Below, in pieces: positions 51,949 to 61,200 of a stretch of 64,000 nucleotides of DNA (the first letter of the stretch is position 1; each line of letters starts with the position of its first letter). Location of the stretch: assembly GCF_035594765.1 (NCBI RefSeq), contig NW_026943823.1, positions 11,222,001 to 11,286,000 of the forward strand, written 5' to 3'. Under the pieces are notes generated by a model. That model made no database searches. It saw only the letters and a list, made by a program, of their open reading frames with translations, and had not been told where the DNA came from. The translations under genes were made by a program, and so were the position numbers. Source of the DNA: Anolis carolinensis (lineage: Eukaryota).

Positions 51949-52259
51949 TTATACGAAAGAACTTCTTTCCATACCTTCAACAGAAGCCTTGTCGCTCCTG
52001 CATGAGGCCCTCGACTGCCAGGCTTGCTTCTGATTGAGGAACGTACACACAGCCTTCCTGTATTTCTGGGACATGACGTTATAAAGGATGGGGTTTACGG
52101 ACGCGCCGAGATAAAACAGCAGCATCGAGACAAGGTTGAAGTACTGGCTGATCTCGAAGTACTGGCTGATCTCGTAGAGGCCCACACTTCCTTGGGCAAA
52201 AAGGATCCGTCCGACATGTAAGGGGAGCCAACACAGAATGAAAGCCAAGACGACCACGG
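51949..52259 (-). CDS. GPCR coding exon 2 (TM6-7, C-tail)
   Basis: Acceptor ctctttctag|CC, VVVLAFILCWLP...NPILYNVMSQKYR...SSFV*. Confidence 0.92.
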
Positions 52260-53970
52260 CTAGAAAGAGGCATAAAATACCTTTCAATAGTTCCTTCCTT
52301 TTCATGTTTTTTTTTTTTTGTTGGTGGTGGCACTACTGATATTAAGCTATGTCTTACAATTGAAGAAATACATTAGGTAGATGGATAGACAGGCAGACAG
52401 ACACCTTTCATGTTACACCACTGTAGCACAGTGACTCCCAATTTAATTGTCATGGTAACATCCTGTAGAATCCTAGGGTTTGTAGTTCTGGGTTGCTGTG
52501 AGTTTTCCGGGCTGTATGGTCATGTTCCAGAAGCATTCTCTCCTGATGTTTCATCCACATCTAAGGCAGGCATCTTCAGAGGTTGTGAGGTATACTGGGA
52601 GAAAGACAGGAGTTCTTTCTCCCACCCTGGACATTATTCAGATATATAAACCTCCCTTGCCTAATTTCCAATATACCTCACAACCTCTGAGGATGCCTGC
52701 CATAGATGTGGGCAAAACATCAGGAGAGAATGCTTCTGGAACATGACCATACAGCCCAGAAAACTCACAGTGATTCCAGTCATGAAGGCCTTCAACAACA
52801 TGTTTGTAATTCTATGAGGAACAAAAGCTCTTTGCTAAACTGAGAATTCATCCCCTAAATTGCAAATCAAAGGATTCCTTAGGATGAAACCACAGCCGCT
52901 GGATTCTTCACATTTGAAGATTCAATTAGATTCAGTATAACCCAAGTTTTATATAAACATAGTTGGTGGGAAAGAGAAAATCTAATGTAGCGACAACCTA
53001 GGCAACCTCCTCAAAGTACCATCAGTAGCACCATAAACATCAGTAAATTGTTTCAGCATTCAGTACTCAACGAATGTACATTCAGTACTTGTGGAGGCTT
53101 TGGCAGGTATGTTCCAGTGCAGAATGTATCTGACATAATATCATTAAGATTGAGGTAAAATAAAGGTATTTTAACCAAACAAACAAATTTGCTCAAGGAT
53201 GGATGTTGCTTACCTAGCATCTTGATGGTTTGCTGGTGATACCTCTCTCTGGCGGGAGCATGCTGGCCCTCCAGGTTGTGTGCCGTCCTCCAGAGCTTTC
53301 TGCAGATCATCCCATAAAGGAGAACCAAGCAAAACACAGGTAGGAAAAAATAAAGGGTGGAAAGCCATGTCATGGTCTCTAGGAGCCCCGAGCGAGCCGC
53401 TTCCTTTATGTATTTGCATTCGCTCGTTTCTTCCGGAAGGCTCCCGTTGCGATGCTCTACGCCGAAGAGAAAGAGCACCGGGAGAGCCGTCACGAGCGAG
53501 CAAAGCCATAGTAGCAGGATTATGCCTTTGACGCGGCTTTTCGTAATGGTCGCTTTGGCTTTCAAGGGGAAACAGATTGCAAAGTATCTCTCGACGCTCA
53601 AAGTGGTGATGTGGAGAATGCTGGAGTACGTGCAGGTCTCGCTGAGGTAGAAAATAAACTTGCAGAGGAAATCACCAAAGACATACGGCTTGTACTTCCA
53701 GATCCTGTACAAGTCGGACGGCAAGCCGAGCAAAATCAGGCTATCGGACAGAGCCATGCTGGATAAGTACATGTTCACTGTCGTCCTCATCCCTTTATAC
53801 CGCTTAAAAATTAGAATAATGGTCACATTTCCAGCTACGCCCAAGAAAAACATGATGATGCAAATGATGGTCACAGGAATCAAGACAGGAATCTCAAACA
53901 AGGAAAAGGAAAGTTCTTCGTAATAGTCCGTATCGTTTCCAAAAGAGGTGTTCAATGAAAAGGAATCCAT
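51949..53970 (-). CDS. Ghrelin/motilin receptor family class A GPCR (GHSR/MLNR-like paralogue), 2 coding exons, 355 aa
   Basis: join complement(53970-53214,52259-51949). 7 TM segments; N-glycosylation sequons NTS/NDT; YLSSMALSD, SETCTY, SVERYFAICFPL, CWLPLHVGR, NPILY. Phase-1 intron after QTIKML, the position used in GHSR/MLNR. Good Kozak gaaATGg with an in-frame stop upstream. Confidence 0.92.
52138..52173. repeat. Perfect 18-nt tandem duplication in GPCR exon 2
   Basis: gaagtactggctgatctc x2, encoding EISQYF-EISQYF. Confidence 0.95.
52488..52800. mobile_element. Penelope-like remnant, inverted arms, inside the GPCR intron
   Basis: Homologous to 4127-4326. Confidence 0.78.
53214..53970 (-). 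CDS. GPCR coding exon 1 (N-terminus to ICL3, TM1-5)
   Basis: ATG 53970, donor CTAG|GTAAGC at 53214/53213. Confidence 0.92.
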
Positions 53971-54392
53971 TTCTGGCCAAGGCTGGTTTCTTCTTACCAA
54001 GGTATGGATCCCATTTTGGAAAAGATTGACACTTTGACATGAAGTTTCCAAATGCCACTAGAAGTCTCCACTGACAGGTGCCGTTTCCTTGAGCTGTTTC
54101 CCTTGCAAGACTGGGGCCTACTAATATAATTACATTTCCTAAAGAACATGACGCTTTAGTCTTGTGATATTGGCTTCTTGGAGTCACAAATATGGCAAAA
54201 GGAAGGAATCTGCATACCTATTGGAAGGAAGAGAAAAATAGAATTTACACAGCCAGCATTTAAGTGGGTAAAAAGTCTACCAAATTCAGTTAATAGTGTT
54301 AGAATTGGAGTACAAACAAGCTTAGATGTTAAAGCAAATGCTAATTATTAAAAGTCATAAATTAATAGGCAATACACTGAGAAACTTCTTAC

Positions 54393-54645
54393 CTCCTTGC
54401 AGATGGTTTGCCCGATCCTTCCATTAATTCAGAATTGCAGTTTCGTCTTCCTACTCGGAATGGTTACATTTTCATCCTATTTAGCCTCAATATAATTTTA
54501 AATAGAAAACGATCAGCCAAGGCGTTTGTACCTTTGCTAGTCAGAGAAAGCAGCCAGGCATACAAACCTAGTCAAATGCCACATCTCCCATGAAATGTGT
54601 TGGGAGTGTTTGATTTTTTTTTGAGTGCTCCGGCCCCTTTCCCCA
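54393..54645 (-). other. Candidate non-coding first exon of the GPCR (intron 54392-54218)
   Basis: Donor gag|gtaaga at 54393; acceptor tttttctcttccttccaatag| at 54218; 5' end estimated from the TATA position. Confidence 0.45.
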
Positions 54646-54670
54646 GCTAAGCATGACAAATGCGGCAGCG

Positions 54671-54698
54671 TTTTATAGCCATCTATCAACATCATTGG
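54671..54698 (-). promoter_or_regulatory. Candidate core promoter of the GPCR (CCAAT box 54698-54694, TATA box TATAAAA 54677-54671)
   Basis: Minus strand reads ggCCAATg...ggcTATAAAAcg, about 280 nt upstream of a strong donor GAG|GTAAGA at 54393. Confidence 0.5.
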
Positions 54699-55338
54699 CC
54701 ACTTAAGCAGGCCTCATTGAACAGCTGGCTCGGCCTCCCCGTCTTTTTCTCCTCCATCTATCAAGCCAAAGTGGAGACTGTCCCTCATTACCTGGGAGGT
54801 CCGAGTTGTGGCTTGATACCGCAAATCTAATTAGAAGGGCTGGATCGATCCCATTTTCCCAGTGTGTCTTAGCAACCGAGGGGAGGACAACACATTTTTG
54901 CTGACTCCCATTTGCCCAAGTCAAGGTGGATTCATACCCAAAGCCAGTTGAGCTACTTTGGCACACTGGGCAGAATATTACACAGGCAAAAAGAAGGCAA
55001 CATTAAAAAAACAATTTGCTGTTATACCACTCTGTTGTCCAAAGGAACAGCCTTACTCTGCCTAATTGTAGGACTGGCCCTGCTTAACCAATGAGTTGTT
55101 CGCACGAAAAGGGATTATTTTCCCCTCCTGCCTTGGGCTTATTTGAAGCAGATGGAAGGATTTTGGTTGAGTGTGTATTTTTGTATAGTCACAAATCCAT
55201 ATGACCATCAATTCAGTCAGTGGGAGACTGTGCTTTTTCCTTCTGTGATCATTAGGCTTAGCTAAACACATTACAACACCAAAAAGTATAGGCCACTGGG
55301 AGCTAAAAGATCAATATGAGAGTTTCCTTCCATAACCT

Positions 55339-55575
55339 TTCATGGAGGACACTCATACCTGTTTTCCCAAAAATAAAACAGGGTCTTATATTATTTTTTG
55401 CTCCAAAAGATGCATCAGGGCTTGTCTTCAGGGGCAGTCTTGTTTGTCCAAAGTGACTTTTTAAATTAAGGGCTTGTTTTTGAAATAGGGCTTACATTTC
55501 AAGCATTCTCAGAAATGCTGAAAAATCATTATAAGTCTTATTTTCGTGGTAGGTCTTATTTTGGGCGAAACAGGG
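55339..55575. mobile_element. Tc2-type MITE
   Basis: Inverted ends cctgttttcccaaaaataa / ttattttgggcgaaacaggg. Confidence 0.6.
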
Positions 55576-55679
55576 TACTCTGGAAGGCAGTAGGCAAACC
55601 AAGGCCACCATTCCCAAACTGGAAAGTGAGGCTTTCATTTAAGAGTCTGAGAGTCATTCGGAACAAACAATGGCACATA

Positions 55680-56382
55680 TGGGTTGCTGTGAGTGTTCCG
55701 GGCTGTATGGCCATAATCCAGAAGCATTATCTTCTTCTTCTTTATTTATTTAAAACATTTATATTCCACCCTTCTCACCCCAAAGGGGACTCAGGGCTGA
55801 GCGCAACATATATAAGGCAAACATTCAATGCCAGAACATTAAATACGATATAAATACATAAACATTAAAATCTCCACTTAAAATCAATTGTTTAAAATCA
55901 TCTCAGGTCAGCCATACCTAAAATCATCTCCTGATGTTTTGCCCACATTTATGGCAGGCATCCTCAGAGATTGTGAGGTCTGTTGGAAACTGTTGAACAT
56001 CTGGAGAAACTGTTCCAAGACACATGGAAAAACAGTAGATGTCCAGGAAAGCACATCTACCGTGCTACCTAAGCTTCCTTCTATGCTGCAGAGACACAGA
56101 TGCTATCCCACAATTTCCCACACCCAAAATGACTTTCAAAAAACCACAGGCTCACCGTATTTATGACTACCTGGAATGCAACCTCTTATGAGCCCACCCT
56201 GGACATTATTCCAGATATATAAACCTCACTTGTACAGTTTCCAGCAGACCTCACAACTTCTGAGGATGCTTGCCATAGAGGTGGGTGAAATGTTAGGAGA
56301 GAATGCTTCTGGAACATGGCCATACAGCCTGGAAAACTCACAGCAACCCAGTGATTCTGGCCATGAAAGCCTTCGACAACAC
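55680..56382. mobile_element. Penelope-like remnant, inverted arms, interrupted by an L2-type 3' end
   Basis: Arms at about 55680-55990 and 56190-56382. Confidence 0.7.
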
Positions 56383-56960
56383 AATGACACATATTCTGCA
56401 ATGTCAGATGTAGCTACTGATGTGGGAACCTCATCCTTGTAGCTGCTTCTGCCTATGCCACACATCCTCTTCCTAAACCAGATAGCAACCCAACCCAATG
56501 GCGTTTTGGAGTCATATTCAGCCATTAACAACTGTAAATTCGAAAACTGGATTATAAGCATGGAAAAACTATGGTCTAATATGGTCCAATACTACATAAT
56601 AGACGCAGACAGAACACAGACTGAACAAAAAAGTTGGTGCTGAGTCAACTGAGAGAGAAAAAGGCACCGAATCAACAAATAGTAGGAGAATAACAGCCCG
56701 TAGTTGCAAAGTAGTCATGGAAGCAATGACAAAAATGTGGACCATGCATTAAATATTATATGAGATCTGGGTATAATTTAGAAGAGGCAAAAGAGCTGTC
56801 ATCGAAAAACATGGGACACTTGTATATCTGTATCATTTTACACATTTTATGCCTTTCTCTCTCTCTCCAAATCGCAGCATGGACCTTGCCAATGAATGGT
56901 CCTCCAAGGCAAGATGTCCCAGCTCCTTGACCATCCTGCCAGGTACAAAAAGGCTATTTA

Positions 56961-57786
56961 CCGTATATACTCGAGTATAAGCCGACCCAAATATAAGCCG
57001 AGGCACCTAATTTTACCACAAAAAAATGGGAAAACATTGACTCCAGGCCGAGGGTGGTAAATTTCAGAAATGAAAATAATTTTACATTAATTATTACAAT
57101 AAAATTACATTAATTAAGGCATCAGTAGGTTAAATGTTTTTGAATATTTACATAAAGCTCAAATTTAAGATAAGACTGCCCAACTCCGATTAAAGCATTA
57201 TTCTCATCTTCTTCAATGTAAGTGTGCTTATGTATCCTTTTAATAATAATAGAGTAAAATAATACATGTAATAATAATAATGATAAATACAGGAAAATAA
57301 TACATGTAATATTAGAGTTGAATAATAAATGTAATAATAATAAGATCAGGGTGAAATAATAAATGTATTAATAATAATGCCAAAAGATCTCAGCCGGCAT
57401 TTGGAAACAATAGACATTGACAAAATCACAATCTGCCAACTGCAAAAGGCCACCCTACTGGGATCTGCATGCATCATCCGAAAATACATCACACAGTCCT
57501 AGACACTTGGGAAGTGTTCGACTTGTGATTTTGTGATACGAAATCCAGCATATCTATCCTGTTTGCTGTGACATAATAAAATAATCATAATAATAAAAAT
57601 AGAGTAAAATAAATATAATAGTAGCAACAATAATGGAGAAAAATAATAAATGTACCATATATTCTCGAGTATAAGCTGACCCAAATATAAGCCAACCAGG
57701 ACCCTCACCCGAGTATAAGCCGAGGGGGGCTTTTTCAGTCTTAAAAAAAGGGCTGAAAAACTAGGCTTATACTCGAGTATATACGG
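56961..57786. mobile_element. Tc2/pogo-type non-autonomous DNA transposon
   Basis: TIRs CCGTATATACTCGAGTATAAGCC, TA at the left flank. Confidence 0.85.
57378..57573 (+). mobile_element. Dong/R4-clade LINE 3' fragment
   Basis: 57380-57502 encodes PKDLSRHLETIDIDKITICQLQKATLLGSACIIRKYITQS*, a typical R4/Dong C-terminus, flanked by TAA repeats. Confidence 0.7.
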
Positions 57787-57936
57787 CAGTGCAAACCCGA
57801 GACATCCTTTTTTTCCTATCTCCAGCTATATAGACTTGATGGAAAGGTACCCTCTACTGATGGAAGTTTTCCGTAGACATTGAGAACCACAAACCGTGAC
57901 CAAAAGAACCAGTGAAAGCATGCAATTTCCCACCGT

Positions 57937-57942
57937 TTTATT
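57937..57942 (-). terminator. PolyA signal of the STARD10-like gene
   Basis: AATAAA on minus, about 75 nt after the stop codon. Confidence 0.6.
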
Positions 57943-58015
57943 GTAAAAACAACTAGGCAAGGCACAGCGGCAGACTAGCGGAAGGCTCCCAAGCAGAGAG
58001 GGAGCTGAAGCGGGG

Positions 58016-58237
58016 TCAGTTCTCGGGGCCGCTGGTGTCCCCCTTCTCCTCCTTGGCTTCCAATAATCCGCTCTCGTCTATGTTCTCCAGAGAGGAGGCG
58101 TGTTGGAGAGACAGGTCGGAGAGGGCCATGGTGGGGAGCTGGTTCTGCTCGGGGTGCAGCCACGGCTTTGTGCTGGCCTTGCGCTCCTGCTTCCAGGAGG
58201 GGTATTTCAAGCACGCCTTGTGCATCTTCTTCATCAT
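58016..58237 (-). CDS. STARD10-like last exon
   Basis: MMKKMHKACLKYPSWKQ...KPWLHPEQ...SLENIDES...PEN*. Confidence 0.9.
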   Translation of the reverse strand: MMKKMHKACLKYPSWKQERKASTKPWLHPEQNQLPTMALSDLSLQHASSLENIDESGLLEAKEEKGDTSGPEN

Positions 58238-61200
58238 CTGCCACGAGGAGGGGAAAGGAGAGGGTTAAAAGTGGGCGTTCTCTGTGCTAAAGGCTCAAAG
58301 ATTGCAGAACCCAAGACCACTGCAGTCTATTTCACTGCCTGAAGCAAAGGCTGAGACAACACTTCCCCCAATTCTATGTAAAAAGACCAAATTCTTTCTT
58401 CCAATACTTGGTGATGGGTAAGCATAAGCATCTTCTAGCAGGCTTTAAGGCAGAAGACCAGACAGGAGACAGTGGCGCAAGGAGTTAAACCCTTGTGCCG
58501 GCAGGACTGCTGACATGAAGGTTGTCGGTTCAAATCCGGGAGAGAATGGATGAGCTCCCACTGTCAGCTCCAGCTCCATGTGGGGACATGAGAGAAGCCT
58601 CCCAGAATGATGGTAAAACATCAAACATCTGGTCATCCCCTGGGCAACATCCTTGCAGATGGCCAATTTTTTCACACCAGAAGTGACTTGCAGTTTCTCA
58701 AATCACTCCTGACATGAAAAAAAGGAGACACAAGGCATCAACCTGTCATGACTTCTCCTTGTACCACATCAAGTTTCAAGTTTATTTGGTGCTTAGGCCA
58801 TATGTCTTTCACATGCAAGGCAAACAAACAAATACATGAAAACCAGATTATTAAATACAATATAAAACACACCATTAAAACCCTTTATAAATCATTAAAA
58901 TGACCATTTGGGAGGAACATTTCAAGTGTAATCTGGAAACACTGAAATGATAATTGCCCCAAGATCTTGGGAAGGGAGGCAAAGACTCCTTTCTCACTCT
59001 GGCAACTCTGCTGATCATAAACAACAAAGTTCCTTGGGAAAAATAGACCCTTCATTGAATGACAATTAGGACTGTCATTCAAATCTTCCTGCTGCATCAA
59101 TATCATGAGCTGGAGGATCTGTAAAATGGGGGGAGGTTACACTAGGATATGCCTAGTGTACTGGTTGGTAGTGGCAAATTCAAGGTTTTCTTTTGGCGCG
59201 ATGGGTTCAATCCTGTGCCGGCTGAACTGCTGACCTAAAGGTTGGGTTGCTGACCTGAAGGTTGCCAGTTTGAATATGCGAGGAGTGAGCTGCCATCTGT
59301 CAGCTCTAGCTTGCGGGGACATAAGAGAAGCCTCCCAGCAGGATGGCAACACATCCGGGAAATGTCTCTGTAGATGGCCAATTCTCTCACACCAGAAGCT
59401 ACTTGCAGTATGTTTTCAAGTAGCTTCTGACACGATTAAAAAAGTGAGCTGGAGGATCTCTGAAATAGTGGGAGACCACAGTAGGACATGCCTAGTGTAC
59501 TGGTTGCTAGTGGCAAATTCAAGGTTTTGTTTTGGATTTTGCCCCAAATATTTCCTGGCCTCCGTTGGTTGAATCTGTGGATGCAAAACCCATGGCTATG
59601 GAAGGTTAACTATACTGGGAAAACCAAAAGCTTAAGCAACCTCAAGTCTCAGCCTTAAGTCAGCAAAGACTCAATGAAATTTGCATGATAAGACAATATG
59701 TCCCGAGTGCACGCCATGTTTTATGAGTGATGCCTGTCCATATCTCTGGCCAAGGGGATTCATGTCTTGGATTGTATAGCATGGAATAATCCTGATACAA
59801 ATGGCCTCTGCCTCTTGACCAACCCATCCCACTCGAATGAAGGCTGCAGCGAGTCAACTAATGCTGTTCCCAGGCTCAGCTGAGACCTCCTTACCTTTGG
59901 TGCCAGGTACTGGGAAGCTTTATTCACAACCCACTTGGGCAGCGACCCTAGTTCATGGAAGAAACAGGAGGGAAAAACAAAAAAAGCGAAGTGGACATTT
60001 GTACTTTTTTCTGTTTGAAGGCCTAGCCCAGGCATGGGCAAACTTTGGCCCTCCGGGTGTTTTGGACTTCAACTCCCACAATTCCTAACAGCCGATAGGC
60101 TGTTAGGGATTGTGGGAGTTGAAGTCCAAAACACCTGGAGGGCCGAAGTTTGCCCATGCCTGGGCTAGCCAGTCCAAATGGCAACTCCTTAGCAACTGAG
60201 TAGCAGAAACACAAGTAATGGTCTTCTCTGTTATGGGTTTTTTTTTTCAAATGCTGGGAATAATTTCTAAGTTTGCAACATGGGAAAGTTGCCTCCTACC
60301 AAATTAAACCATGTATCCGTCTGCATGCCCAGTTTTGGATACAGTGGGTTTCCAGGGTCCTAAGTAGTTGCAGTGGTGGATCCTTCCCATCTTCTGCAAC
60401 CTGAGCAAGAGGGTCTCTCAGATTCAACAGGGCCGGCACATTACTTTCTGAGACTTAAATAATGCATGTTACTACCTCAGTGTGTAACAAGAGGGAACAA
60501 CAGCAAAGGCCCAGTCCCATTAACAAGCAAACATAAATAATTGCACCAAGAAAGCAATATATATAAGTCGGAACAGGTACATTTCCAAGTATAACTTCTG
60601 TCAAATATCTATTTATAGAATAAAAGTCATTGTCTGTTTGTATGCATGCATGTGGGTGGCAATGTATTTTTGTGTCTGATTCCCACTTCCAGAGACCACT
60701 GCGACTCCCACCAATGATGGACCTGGACCAAACCTAGGACAGAGACTCCACCCATGACCCACTTTATGTCCTGGTGAGGTTTAAGGGAGGATGGATCTTG
60801 GATGATGGGATTTGCAGTACCTTCCCCATATTCAGAGACTACTGCTAACCCTATCAGCCATGGATCTGGACCAAATTTGGGATACAGAACCCCCCCCCCC
60901 CCAATGACCCACTTTATATCCTGGTGAGTTTTAAGGGAGGATGGATCCTGGATGATGGGATTTGCAGTACCTTCTCCCACACCCAGAGACTACTACTAAC
61001 CCCATCAACCATAGATATGGACCAAACTTGGGACACAGATTCCCCCATGACTATTGTAAATAAAGGGTGTGGGGAGAAATGACAGAGGATGATGGGACTC
61101 GAGTCCACCCATATCCGTATGCATTTTCTAATGAGTCCATTCATAACAGTCAAAAACAAACAATGACTTTTTGTAATGTTTATCCCTTGATCAACGGGTA

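Noticed and set aside
51949-53970. Naming the receptor GHSR or MLNR
   Set aside because: Mosaic and divergent relative to both, and the neighbours do not match either known locus; needs phylogeny
53971-54051. 27-aa N-terminal extension of the GPCR in the ORF track
   Set aside because: It starts at TTG, not ATG; the first in-frame ATG, in good Kozak context, is 53970
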